In this document: piece by piece, positions 20,927 through 31,429 of the stretch
How the letters are laid out: each line of letters starts with the position of its first letter
How positions within the stretch are numbered: the stretch's first letter is position 1
Assembly (NCBI GenBank): GCA_026134085.1
Contig: JAOQIN010000012.1
Span: 1-42,754 of the forward strand
Length of the DNA stretch: 42,754 bases
Reading direction: 5' to 3'
DNA from: Candidatus Methanoxibalbensis ujae
GTDB lineage: Archaea > Halobacteriota > Syntropharchaeia > Alkanophagales > Methanospirareceae
Made by a program: the position numbers and the translations under genes
Notes under the pieces: generated by a model
What the model was told of the DNA's origin: nothing
Databases searched by the model: none
What the model saw: the letters and a program-made list of their open reading frames with translations, nothing else

Positions 20927-23252
20927 GTTAAACACGGACTATGGTAGGATTGAAAGGTTCTATTTCTTCTTTTTCTTTCGCTCGCTCTTTTTGGTTAAAC
21001 ACGGACTATGGTAGGATTGAAAGACATTTGCATGGTGGAATGGTGATTGGAAATATAGAGTTAAACACGGACTATGGTAGGATTGAAAGATTGAAGGAAC
21101 AAGGAGTGATGTTGCGGTCTCGGCAGGTTAAACACGGACTATGGTAGGATTGAAAGAACGGGTAACATTCACTGAGCTGGAATTCAGCACCTTGTTAAAC
21201 ACGGACTATGGTAGGATTGAAAGGATGGACAGGAGGGAGGGAAATGACTGAATTTGAAGAGTTAAACACGGACTATGGTAGGATTGAAAGTTCTTTTCCT
21301 TCCATATTCCCTCACCTTGATAACTTGTTAAACACGGACTATGGTAGGATTGAAAGAACCCACTGAAAAAACCAAATCCGATTGATTGCAATGATGTTAA
21401 ACACGGACTATGGTAGGATTGAAAGAGAAAGATATACCTCTTTAGCCCTTTCCTTCAAGTCCAGTTAAACACGGACTATGGTAGGATTGAAAGATCTCTG
21501 TGCTTCAACTGTAAATGATCTCGGTGTGTGTTAAACACGGACTATGGTAGGATTGAAAGTGAAAGACTTTCCATAAAACGCATTGACATGCTTGAGGTTA
21601 AACACGGACTATGGTAGGATTGAAAGAAAGATGGGAGGTGATTTGGGATGTGTGATGCACCACATATGTTAAACACGGACTATGGTAGGATTGAAAGGAC
21701 TTTGAGGTCTATAAGATAGAATACTGGTTCATGGGTTAAACACGGACTATGGTAGGATTGAAAGCAGCATACTACGACTGCGACTTGAGCGAAGAGGAAA
21801 GTTAAACACGGACTATGGTAGGATTGAAAGCAAACAGGACATGTTGTGAGTTTGTAAGGAAGTCTATGTTAAACACGGACTATGGTAGGATTGAAAGGCA
21901 AGATGGAGGGGGGAGGTGAATAGATAGGAGGGATGTGGTTAAACACGGACTATGGTAGGATTGAAAGCAACTGTGAAGGATTTTGGTGTGTAAAATCGCT
22001 CTCCGTTAAACACGGACTATGGTAGGATTGAAAGGTCAATCCTTGCCAGACGATAAGAGCAACCCTCTGCGTTAAACACGGACTATGGTAGGATTGAAAG
22101 TAAAAGTTTGTGTGCGCTATCTCCTCTATAATATTACGGTTAAACACGGACTATGGTAGGATTGAAAGAAAAATAAAGGAAGGGGGAATGTCTGTTTTTA
22201 TTGTAGTTAAACACGGACTATGGTAGGATTGAAAGAGTGCCTTTGACGGACACCCGAGCTTGCGTGGGTTAGTTAAACACGGACTATGGTAGGATTGAAA
22301 GAAGACGGTAGAGTGCATTGGCATATCTGGGCTGCCTCGTTAAACACGGACTATGGTAGGATTGAAAGGTAGATAAAACGCAACTACGTTATCTCGCTCT
22401 ACTATGTTAAACACGGACTATGGTAGGATTGAAAGCTTCTTCTTTTCTTAAGACATAAGTTTTGACTGTTTCGTTAAACACGGACTATGGTAGGATTGAA
22501 AGGAAGTTTAACAGCATCAGGTATCACTTAGTGACATCTGTTAAACACGGACTATGGTAGGATTGAAAGCAAGATCATCATGCAGTGATTTCGTATAGGG
22601 ACCAAAGTTAAACACGGACTATGGTAGGATTGAAAGAGTGATCAGTTGGTAATGGGAATAGATCTTGCGAGAGTTAAACACGGACTATGGTAGGATTGAA
22701 AGCATGATGTTCTGTTTACAGTCATTGGTGTTTCTAAGTGTTAAACACGGACTATGGTAGGATTGAAAGTTGAAAAGAGGAGTGGTGAGGTAACATGATT
22801 GATGATGAGTTAAACACGGACTATGGTAGGATTGAAAGTAACGGCAACAGTGATTGAAATGATAAACAGAGAAGGTTAAACACGGACTATGGTAGGATTG
22901 AAAGGATGCCCCACGCATAGAGAGGTGGATCAATTATATCTGTTAAACACGGACTATGGTAGGATTGAAAGAGAAAAGAGAGGAAGTAGAACAGGTAAAG
23001 AAGAACATGTTAAACACGGACTATGGTAGGATTGAAAGGTAGCTGTCTGTGAGGTCGTCTCTATCAACCACGAGTTAAACACGGACTATGGTAGGATTGA
23101 AAGATATCTATGAGAGAATGAGTGGGAAACTTTGATGCATGTTAAACACGGACTATGGTAGGATTGAAAATATTCGCTACATCCTAAAAAGTGAAAGAAA
23201 CCTAAAAAATGAAGGAAACCAAGTCAAACACAGACTAAGGATGGGTTGAAAG
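20927..23252 (+). CRISPR. CRISPR array, 30-bp repeat GTTAAACACGGACTATGGTAGGATTGAAAG: 34 conserved repeats (33 spacers of 35-41 bp) plus one degenerate terminal repeat
   Basis: Repeats counted from 20927 to 23141-23170 (the last ends in A); degenerate copy GTCAAACACAGACTAAGGATGGGTTGAAAG at 23223-23252 has 6 mismatches. Confidence 0.98.
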
Positions 23253-24176
23253 CACACCTGTGAGTATCCAGTGATCAAAGTAGCCGTCGCTGTTTTCATT
23301 TTTAAAAGTCTCGCAGTTGAAATTGCGGAGCATGCTTTTGACCTTTTCAGCTTCCCATTCGCTTGAAAATGAGAGGAATATGTATGAATTGTTTTTCAGC
23401 GCATTCGGTATATCTCTTATCACGGGCTCCCATTCAAACAGATTAAAAGGAGTTATCTTGCCGAGCATGAACCCGAAGAGGCAGTCAAACGCGTTCGGAA
23501 AGAAATGAGAGAGGTGCGCACAGTTAAGCACAACACTCCTCCTCGGATCAAGCACACCCTCCCGAAGCCCCCGACATATCTCACATTTGTTTATGTCCGC
23601 TGCAATCGGTGAAATCCCGAGCTCATGCAGCGCAATTGTCGCAGCGCCATCGCCGCAGCATATCTCAACAGTATCACTGTCACTGCCAATACCATTATCC
23701 CTGATAAATTTTGAAAGAACATTTTTAAGCACTTTTACACGCTCTTTTGAATAAAATGCGCGCTCTTTTATATCACAATCGCACAGAAATCCTTTAACAA
23801 GACCTGTTGAAAAGTATTCAATTATGCTTTCAATGAATTCCTTTCTGCCTATATGCACTGTATCATGTTCAACACAGCTCAATATATCTGCTGAAATTTG
23901 CTCAAATTGCTTTTTCTGATATCCATCGGCGAATATATCTGTGAAGATAATCCAGCACGCAGCATCTCTCGCGCCACTCTTGTGCTCATTGCGCTCAATG
24001 CTTCCATCACTTTTGAGTGCGATGCCGAGTCTTCGCTCTGTTTCAGATTCTGCTATGAGAATTGCACGCTCTGCTTCCATGCGGCGCATGATGTGCAGTG
24101 ATTTCATGATGCCTCTCAGGTCCTCAAACCACGATTCGGCGAGCACAAAATCTCCGAGCACCCTCCTGAGCTCCAT
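23235..24176 (-). CDS. Hypothetical protein with a C-terminal class I SAM-dependent methyltransferase-like fold
   Basis: VEICCGDGAAT (motif I-like), IAADIN and FDCLFGFM. Confidence 0.6.
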   Translation of the reverse strand: MELRRVLGDFVLAESWFEDLRGIMKSLHIMRRMEAERAILIAESETERRLGIALKSDGSIERNEHKSGARDAACWIIFTDIFADGYQKKQFEQISADILSCVEHDTVHIGRKEFIESIIEYFSTGLVKGFLCDCDIKERAFYSKERVKVLKNVLSKFIRDNGIGSDSDTVEICCGDGAATIALHELGISPIAADINKCEICRGLREGVLDPRRSVVLNCAHLSHFFPNAFDCLFGFMLGKITPFNLFEWEPVIRDIPNALKNNSYIFLSFSSEWEAEKVKSMLRNFNCETFKNENSDGYFDHWILTGVLSTHP

Positions 24177-24284
24177 GACATCTGTTTCTCTTTTTCATTA
24201 TTATTTTCATTATTATTTTCTACGCATTGTCTGCTCTGCCAACGCATTGCTCATTGCGGCGAGCTGCTATATCGCCGAGCGGCG

Positions 24285-25601
24285 TCAATCATCGTCGGAC
24301 CACCACATTCTCAGCACAGTCTCATCATGTTTTTTCCGTTTCATTCTCACACGCGCTCTTCTGCCTGCGGCTGAAGTTCTGCGATCGACCTGACTGCGCA
24401 GCTTACTGCTCTCTGATGCATCAGGCTGCATGCAGCACCTCTCATGCTGGCGCCCGCCCTCATTTTTCATCCATCGCTCTTCAAAGAAATCCTCAGCAAT
24501 TCTTATTGCATCTTCAATATTGTCGTTTGATAACGGGCGAAACAATGATTCAGCAAGTTCCACAAGGGTATCGGGCAGAAACGCAGCAAATATATCACGA
24601 ATATTCAGCATTTCATCACTCAACTGTATGTTTTCTCCCGACTCACGCTCTTTAAACGCATATCTACATCTCAGAACCCTTTCTTTAAGTGTTTTGTCAA
24701 GAGTTTCCATTATTTTGTGCCTGTTCATCTGCCTGTCTCCGATGACAGTGAGATGCAGTATGGGGAGTTTCCCTCCACCCGGAATATGTATGTTATCAAC
24801 ATCTTTCTCATCTATCTCAATCTCTATCTGAGGTCTGATTGATTTCAGATTGACTGTTTTCAGGTTGATTGTATGAAGCGATGGCTCATCTTTCTTACCG
24901 TTGATATCAACAATGAAGAAACCCTTTCCGTTTTTCCTCCATGATGCTATTTCATCCTTTCTCATTATCTCAGTTGAGCCCGAATAAGCGAAGATTCCGT
25001 TTCCGAATCTCATACTTGTTCGTGCGTGGATATGGCCGAATGCGTAATAATTTATGTTCCTGGGCAGGTCATTCTCATGAAGCTCGTAAGCGCCCTCAAA
25101 TGGGAGGAATCTGTGAACTGCCTGATGTGCGATGAGGACGCTCGCTCCTTTGAATTCGCCTGCGACCTTCTCAAATTTTGAGATCTCTGATTTGAGCGCT
25201 TTTGTGTATTTTCCCTTGAGGTTTGATATGCCTCCGAAGAGCACTCCTTTGACTTCTGTCCACTCCATGCCGTGAACTCCGAGAAGGCGCACATCAAACA
25301 GCCTGTGAGGTGGCATTCCCCTCCGCTTGGGTATGTCGTGGTCGCCGAGGACAGCAAGCACATTCATTCCGCTTCTCCTTGCATCTATCTCCCGCAGTGC
25401 CTCCTTGAACACATGCAGCGCTTTTACAGGCGGAGAAGCAGCATCAAATGTGTCCCCAGCCAGTACAAGCACATCCGCACGCTCCTCTATAACACACTCA
25501 ATTGCCTCCCTGAACGCCTCATACACATCATTCTCACGCTCCTCCATGTTATACTGGCGGAATCCGAGATGTGTGTCTGAGAGATGCGCAATCCGCACCA
25601 T
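24285..25601 (-). CDS. mre11: DNA double-strand break repair nuclease Mre11 (SbcD family)
   Basis: Phosphoesterase motifs SDTHLG, AGDTFD, GDHD, AHQ, GHIH and YSGSTE. Confidence 0.9.
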   Translation of the reverse strand: MVRIAHLSDTHLGFRQYNMEERENDVYEAFREAIECVIEERADVLVLAGDTFDAASPPVKALHVFKEALREIDARRSGMNVLAVLGDHDIPKRRGMPPHRLFDVRLLGVHGMEWTEVKGVLFGGISNLKGKYTKALKSEISKFEKVAGEFKGASVLIAHQAVHRFLPFEGAYELHENDLPRNINYYAFGHIHARTSMRFGNGIFAYSGSTEIMRKDEIASWRKNGKGFFIVDINGKKDEPSLHTINLKTVNLKSIRPQIEIEIDEKDVDNIHIPGGGKLPILHLTVIGDRQMNRHKIMETLDKTLKERVLRCRYAFKERESGENIQLSDEMLNIRDIFAAFLPDTLVELAESLFRPLSNDNIEDAIRIAEDFFEERWMKNEGGRQHERCCMQPDASESSKLRSQVDRRTSAAGRRARVRMKRKKHDETVLRMWWSDDD

Positions 25602-25622
25602 GTTCATTCACTCTCTTTCCCC

Positions 25623-26327
25623 TCAATAGCATATTTCAATGCTCCTCTCAAGTGAGCTCTTCCATTTTCGGCTGAGAATGCCCTCAGGAATCTCGCACAG
25701 AGCGGACATTGCCTCCTCCCTTCTCATTCCTATGAGATATGCGAGTGCAATTATCTCACGAGGTGCTCTCATCTCATATATTGAATGAGCACCGCTTGTG
25801 AGAAGAGGCATCGCACGATACTTTCGCACGAACTTGAGAAGTGAGCGCATCTTGCCAAGCACCTGTGCCCGCTCTTTCCGCCTGCTTTTTATGATTGATT
25901 GCATGTTGAATTCAATTGAAACAGCATTTTCAGCTGCGAAGCGCACATCAACTGCGCCCAAATCCGCTCCTTCTGAGGGGTTTGCAATGAAATCAACACG
26001 GAAATCACGCACAGCTGCCCTGTTCACCTTTTCATCGTTGCTGCTTCTGAATGCGAGAAAGTATGATCTGCCGCTGAACCTGTTTATCTTTCGCTTGAGA
26101 TCGCTTACGGAGCTCGCTGATATCTCAACACCACAGCTGATGCGCTCCCGCATTGAGCTCAGGGATTTGATTGTTTCCAGAATTTCATCATCTTCTCCGC
26201 TTATCAGCAATGCAATTCCCGCATATCCGAATCTATCCGCGAGCGAGACCATCTGTGGAACCTCTTCGGTGTCCTCACACCTGATACATATATCGTAAGG
26301 ACGGCATCGCATTATTATGCATCGCAT
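25623..26327 (-). CDS. rnp3: Ribonuclease P protein component 3 (Rpp30)
   Basis: KVNRAAV, AAENAVSIEFN and SGAHSIYEMRAPRE motifs. Confidence 0.9.
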   Translation of the reverse strand: MRCIIMRCRPYDICIRCEDTEEVPQMVSLADRFGYAGIALLISGEDDEILETIKSLSSMRERISCGVEISASSVSDLKRKINRFSGRSYFLAFRSSNDEKVNRAAVRDFRVDFIANPSEGADLGAVDVRFAAENAVSIEFNMQSIIKSRRKERAQVLGKMRSLLKFVRKYRAMPLLTSGAHSIYEMRAPREIIALAYLIGMRREEAMSALCEIPEGILSRKWKSSLERSIEICY

Positions 26328-26442
26328 TGTTTGTTATGTTATAACATGACCGCCAAAACCGAGCTCGGCACAGCATGTGAGCCGACAGCATTATGGCACG
26401 CCTGTGTCAGCACGCTTATGTCAGAAAATGAAGGTGAATGTT

Positions 26443-28362
26443 ATGGAGATGGATTGGGAGGAATTGGGTCTGAAGGTGGGTCTGGAGATTCATCAGCAGT
26501 TGGATACGAGGAAAAAGCTGTTCTGCGGCTGTCCGACGGTGTTATGTGAGAAGGAAGATGCCGTTTTCAAGTTCAAAAGATATCTGAGGGCTGCTAAGAG
26601 CGAGCTCGGCGAAGTTGATGCTGCTGCGATTGAGGAGGCGAAGAAGAGGCGTGCGTTCGTTTACTATGTGTATGAGAGCACATGTCTTGTTGAGAGTGAT
26701 GAAGAGCCGCCGGGCGAGTTGAATGATGAGGCGCTTGACATCGCACTTGAGGTTGCGCTGCTCCTGCACATGAAACCCGTTGATGAGGTGCATACCATGC
26801 GAAAGATAGTCATTGACGGCTCAAACACGAGCGGATTCCAGCGCACTGCACTCGTCGCGACGGATGGATGGATAGAAAGCGATGAGGGCACAGTCAGAAT
26901 AGACACGCTTTGTGTTGAAGAGGAGGCAGCTCAGAGGATAGGTGAGCATGATCAACATTCAGACGCGGACATGCAGGAATATTCGCTTGACCGTCTTGGA
27001 ATTCCGCTTGTTGAGATAACCACATCTCCCGACATAAAAACTCCATCGCATGCGAGGGAGGTTGCCGAGCGGATCGGAATGATACTGCGCTCAACCGGAA
27101 AAGTGAAGAGGGGAATAGGAACAATAAGGCAGGACCTCAACATCTCAATAAGCAGAGGTGCGAGGGTTGAGATCAAGGGAGTTCAGGAACTCCGGTTGAT
27201 AGAGAGAATTGTCGAAAATGAGGTGAGAAGGCAGCTCATGCTCATAGAAATTTCTGAGGAGTTGAGACGCAGGAACGCGCGGGTTGAGCGCCGCATCGTT
27301 GAGCTGTCTCACATATTCAGGGATACGAGCTCAAATGTGATAAAAAGGGCCGGAGGGAAAGTCTTTGGAGCATGCCTGCGAGGATTTGGCGGCATTCTGG
27401 GCATTGAAATCCAGCCTGAAAGGAGGTTTGGCGCTGAACTTGCTGATTATGCGAGGCGATACGGAGTCGGCATAATGCACACTGACGAGCTTCCCGCATA
27501 CGGAATAAGCGCTGATGAAGTGCGTCGTGTCAGAGAGGCTTTCAACGCATCTGAAGATGATTGCGTTGTTCTGATTGCGAGCGATGATATTGAGCGTGTT
27601 GAGAGAGCGTTTGATGCTGTTTTGAATCGTGCTGAGCTCGCGATGAGAGGAGTTCCTGAGGAGACGAGGAGAGCGATGCCCGATGGGAACACAGCGTATA
27701 TGAGACCACTGCCCGGTGCCGCTCGGATGTATCCTGAGACCGATGTGCCTCCTGTATCTGTGGATGAAGAGCGCATTGAGCGGATATTGAGATCCCTTCC
27801 AGAGACAATAGAGCAAAAGAAGGAGCGATATAAGCGGGAATACGGATTGAACGAGGAGCTTGCGAGGAAAATCGCGGCATCCTCATCTGATTTGTTTGAG
27901 AAGTTGGTGAAATCGTGCTGCCGTGGAGGTGCTGTCACACCGAAGTTGATCGCGAGAACACTCACAGACACTCTCACAGAGCTCGCCCGTGAGGGTGTTG
28001 CTGTTGATGCCGAGCGAATTGATTTTGAGGAGATCTTCCGCATGATATCTGAAAATGCGTTCGGGAAGGAGGCGATCCCTGATATACTGAAGTTCCTTTC
28101 CGCGCATCCTGATGCGGGTGTTGATGATGCCGTCAATGCGCTCGGACTGCGTGCAATGCGTCTGGAAGATGTTGAGCGGCTTGTTGATGAAGTTGTGCAG
28201 TCACGAATTGATTTTGTGAGGGAGCGTGGGATGTCAGCCGCAGGACCTCTTATGGGCGTCATAATGAAAGATGTTCGCGGAAAGGTGGATGGCAAGTTGG
28301 TGAGCGACATACTGCGTAAAAAAATCGCAAGCGCACTGGTGATGGAGCATGACCGCAGATGA
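26443..28362 (+). CDS. gatE: Glu-tRNA(Gln) amidotransferase subunit E
   Basis: GLKVGLEIHQQL, MRKIVIDGSNTSGFQRT, LDRLGIPLVEI, RGIGTIRQD and RPLPGAARMYPETD. Confidence 0.97.
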   Translation: MEMDWEELGLKVGLEIHQQLDTRKKLFCGCPTVLCEKEDAVFKFKRYLRAAKSELGEVDAAAIEEAKKRRAFVYYVYESTCLVESDEEPPGELNDEALDIALEVALLLHMKPVDEVHTMRKIVIDGSNTSGFQRTALVATDGWIESDEGTVRIDTLCVEEEAAQRIGEHDQHSDADMQEYSLDRLGIPLVEITTSPDIKTPSHAREVAERIGMILRSTGKVKRGIGTIRQDLNISISRGARVEIKGVQELRLIERIVENEVRRQLMLIEISEELRRRNARVERRIVELSHIFRDTSSNVIKRAGGKVFGACLRGFGGILGIEIQPERRFGAELADYARRYGVGIMHTDELPAYGISADEVRRVREAFNASEDDCVVLIASDDIERVERAFDAVLNRAELAMRGVPEETRRAMPDGNTAYMRPLPGAARMYPETDVPPVSVDEERIERILRSLPETIEQKKERYKREYGLNEELARKIAASSSDLFEKLVKSCCRGGAVTPKLIARTLTDTLTELAREGVAVDAERIDFEEIFRMISENAFGKEAIPDILKFLSAHPDAGVDDAVNALGLRAMRLEDVERLVDEVVQSRIDFVRERGMSAAGPLMGVIMKDVRGKVDGKLVSDILRKKIASALVMEHDRR

Positions 28363-28873
28363 AACAGTTTTCACCGGGAGATTGATCAAACTTGTTTTGA
28401 GGGATGTGGTGCTTCAGGACGGAAGCAGGAAGCGCCGTGAGATAATAGTTCATCCTGGCGCAGCTGCGGTTTTGGCTGTCCGCAACGGAGGAATGGGCGC
28501 TGAAGTTCTGCTTGTCAAACAGTTCAGGAAGGCAGTTGAGCGCACAACTCTTGAGATTCCAGCAGGAACACTTGAAGAGAACGAAACACCGGAGGAATGC
28601 GCAAGGCGTGAACTTTTGGAGGAGACGGGATACGATGCCATGCGATTTGAGAGGCTTATCTCCTTCTTTCCGTCTCCCGGATACAGCAACGAGGTCATTC
28701 ACATATTCAAAGCCACTGAGCTGCGCAGCGTGGGAGATGCTGAACTGAAACCCATATTCATGCCTGTTGAAAAAGTGCTCGCAAAAATACGAAGCGGTGA
28801 GATAAAAGACGGAAAAACAATAATAGGCATACTGTTCCTCACACAGTGCATTGATGCTCTCGCCGGAAAGTGA
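28349..28873 (+). CDS. Nudix hydrolase (ADP-ribose pyrophosphatase-like)
   Basis: Nudix box GTLEENETPEECARRELLEETGY; HPGAAAV, SPGYSNE and DGKT. Confidence 0.9.
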   Translation: MTADETVFTGRLIKLVLRDVVLQDGSRKRREIIVHPGAAAVLAVRNGGMGAEVLLVKQFRKAVERTTLEIPAGTLEENETPEECARRELLEETGYDAMRFERLISFFPSPGYSNEVIHIFKATELRSVGDAELKPIFMPVEKVLAKIRSGEIKDGKTIIGILFLTQCIDALAGK

Positions 28874-30816
28874 GACAGATGAGCAGGTTATTTGAGGTCA
28901 AAAAGCGTGATTGTGCAGCTCGCATAGGTGAACTGACGCTGCGAGATCGCCGCTTGAAAACTCCTCTTATCATTGAGGCAGGAGCTCTCGTGAGAGATGG
29001 CATGGATCTGTTGAGCGCGTTGGCATGCAGTGATATGCGGATATTGCGGGATGATGAGGAACTGATGTCAGAAGATGAGGAGAGGGAGGTGCCGCGTGGC
29101 GCTGTTTTGCTGCCTGAGGAGCATCCATTATATGAGCGAAGAGATCTGAAGAATCTGCATGTTGATTTTTTCGTGCTCTCTCATTCTTCCCGCCTGTTGA
29201 AGAGCCCGAGGGAATTTGCAAGCATCGTGAAACTCCGGGAGCAGATATCACCGGATGTTGCACTGTGGGTTCCCGCAATTGCGACACCTGATAACATTGC
29301 GATACTCACATACATGGGTGTTGACATTGTTGACAATGTTGTCCCCGTGCTGAGGGGCTATGATGATGTCTTCATGCTTGAAGAGGGATGCGTGCGAATA
29401 GCCGAGATGGGGGATGAGCAGATTCCATGCAACTGCGAGGTCTGTGCATCCTGCGAATCTGTGGAGCAATTGAAAGAGATGGACAGGCGTGAGAGAGCGG
29501 ATCTGATAGCGAGGCACAATTCACTCGTTCTTCTCAGAGAATTGAGAAAAGTGCGAATGCACATAATATCGGGAGACCTGAGGGAGTATGTTGAGATGCG
29601 TGTGCGCTCATCCGCTTTTCTGACTGCTGTCCTGCGCATACTTGATAAGGACCATGAGTATTTTTTTGAGAGGAGGGCGCCCGTCGCGAGGAGAAATGTC
29701 ATGCTCGCGAACACAATGGAATCCCTGCGTCGTGTTGAGGTGAAGCGGTTCGCATCTCGTGTGATTGAGAGATACGAGCCTCCTCCTGAGAAAAAAGTGC
29801 TTCTCATAATTCCATGCGCCGCTCGCAAACCGTATTCTCTGTCAAAATCGCATGCACTCTTCAGGCGTGCGGTCGCGGGATTTAAGGCGCATGTCCACGA
29901 AATCATAATCACATCTCCCCTCGGCATCGTGCCTCGTGAAATTGAAATTGCATATCCGGCAGCATTTTACGATATTCCAGTGACAGGATACTGGGATGCT
30001 GAGGAGCGTGCGTGGGTCAGTTCATGTTTGCGCGCATATCTTGAGCACAATATCCACAAATACAACGCAATATTCGTCCATCTTGAAGGAGAATGCGCGG
30101 AAATATGCAGAGATGTCGCTGCTGATGGAGGATATGATATGATATTCACCTGCAGAAATGGTGAAAAAGCTGTGTCTAAGAGCGCTCTGCGGAGATTGAG
30201 AGATGAGATCTCAAAATTCTGCATCTCTGAGGGGCTTGAAAGAGATGAAGATGATCGTGCGCTCAGCAATGTCATAAAGGCGCTTGCAGACTTTCAGTTC
30301 GGAAGGGGAGCAGGTGAGAAGCTGACAGGTGGCGCTGTGGTGCGTGGAAAATATCCGAGACTGACGCTGTATGAATCATCATGTGCTCATGAAAAAACAG
30401 ATGCAGAAGACGCAAAGGCGAGCGAATGTGGCAGTGTGCATCGTGACGGAAACTGCGATGAAGGATGCGTGCTTGCGAGGATATCACCGGAATACGGAAT
30501 GCTCTCAATCACAACAAGAGGTGCGAGAAAGTTGCGGGAGGCGATAGGCGATGCGTATTTCGTGCTGACGGATGATTTTGTGCCCGGAAACACGATATTC
30601 GCGGGCGGTGTGCTGCACGCAGACGAGAAAATACGCGTGAACGATTATGTCATATTCTCAAGCAGAAATGAAAGCGTTTTCGGCGTGGGAAGAGCGAAGA
30701 TGAGCGGATGGGAGATGATTGAATCCGTGAGAGGTGTCGCAGTTCAGGTTAGAGAATTTGAATGTCATCGTGACGACATCAACAGCAGCCGGCGCTTGCG
30801 GCAGAGCACAGCGTGA
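28870..30816 (+). CDS. arcS: Archaeosine synthase subunit alpha (TgtA2) with PUA domain
   Basis: TGT-like N-terminus (ARIGEL, YMGVDIVD, CNCEVC, HN), PCAARKPYSLSKSH, TSPLGIVPRE, YDIPVTGYW and a C-terminal PUA domain. Confidence 0.9.
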   Translation: MRQMSRLFEVKKRDCAARIGELTLRDRRLKTPLIIEAGALVRDGMDLLSALACSDMRILRDDEELMSEDEEREVPRGAVLLPEEHPLYERRDLKNLHVDFFVLSHSSRLLKSPREFASIVKLREQISPDVALWVPAIATPDNIAILTYMGVDIVDNVVPVLRGYDDVFMLEEGCVRIAEMGDEQIPCNCEVCASCESVEQLKEMDRRERADLIARHNSLVLLRELRKVRMHIISGDLREYVEMRVRSSAFLTAVLRILDKDHEYFFERRAPVARRNVMLANTMESLRRVEVKRFASRVIERYEPPPEKKVLLIIPCAARKPYSLSKSHALFRRAVAGFKAHVHEIIITSPLGIVPREIEIAYPAAFYDIPVTGYWDAEERAWVSSCLRAYLEHNIHKYNAIFVHLEGECAEICRDVAADGGYDMIFTCRNGEKAVSKSALRRLRDEISKFCISEGLERDEDDRALSNVIKALADFQFGRGAGEKLTGGAVVRGKYPRLTLYESSCAHEKTDAEDAKASECGSVHRDGNCDEGCVLARISPEYGMLSITTRGARKLREAIGDAYFVLTDDFVPGNTIFAGGVLHADEKIRVNDYVIFSSRNESVFGVGRAKMSGWEMIESVRGVAVQVREFECHRDDINSSRRLRQSTA

Positions 30817-31331
30817 CGCAGTGGTGATGTGACAACTGAGCGCTTTCAAATTGCTGCCGGCAGGTCTTGCTATCACTCCCCAGTTTCGTCAATATGGTAT
30901 TCTGCAGTTATCGCGCAGTTGCAGTTATCGCGCAGAGGAAAGCATCGTATTCCTGCTTGAAGCGTTTGTTATTTTGTGGTATTGTAATATTCGCCCGGAA
31001 GCACTTCAACTTCACATTTTCTCATTATGAGTGATGAGATGCGCATGCCACGCATTGAAAGCTGCCGCATGAATGTGAGAGGTAACACGGGACATATGCG
31101 CATCACCGCGATATCGCAATCTCTGAAAGGAGCTCCTGTGAGAGTCTATACCCACCACACGCTATACTCACCACACGCGGATTATGCGCAATATTCAGTT
31201 CATCTGTGCGAACTGAGTGAAATGATATGAGATATATCACAATCATATATGCAAATCCCTGTGATGTTTCGAGGAGAACCCGCAAGTCTGTTCCGATAAC
31301 ACTCTTTTCATCTCAGATGTTATATAAGCTC

Positions 31332-31416
31332 AGATATCATTCCGAGCGTATCTGAAGTCCCCCGAAGAGGAATTTGGGCGGAGGCGGTAGCAGAAGCCAG
31401 ATACGCTCTGTTAGGC
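31332..31416 (-). other. attC-like recombination site 3 (85 bp; distal core degenerate)
   Basis: GTTAGGC at 31410-31416; inner arms GAGCGTATCT/AGATACGCTC are a perfect 10-bp inverted repeat; the other core reads AGATATC instead of RYYYAAC; lies 13 bp after the stop of 31430-31941. Confidence 0.75.
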
Positions 31417-31429
31417 GACGTCGCAATGC

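Noticed and set aside
20941..22933. Short ORFs inside the CRISPR array (LNTDYGRIER and FQSYHSPCLT repeats)
   Set aside because: These are translations of the repeat, not genes
20957..23140. Self-targeting spacers within the window
   Set aside because: No match noticed by eye; an alignment would be needed to exclude it
26542..30593. Long antisense ORFs opposite gatE, Nudix and arcS (also opposite cfbD, cbf5, mre11 and rpp30)
   Set aside because: Shadow frames of well-supported genes
30903..30935. Short tandem duplication TGCAGTTATCGCGCAG x2 (similar case GATATATTGCATA x2 at 3853-3878)
   Set aside because: Consistent with slippage in intergenic DNA; no evidence of function
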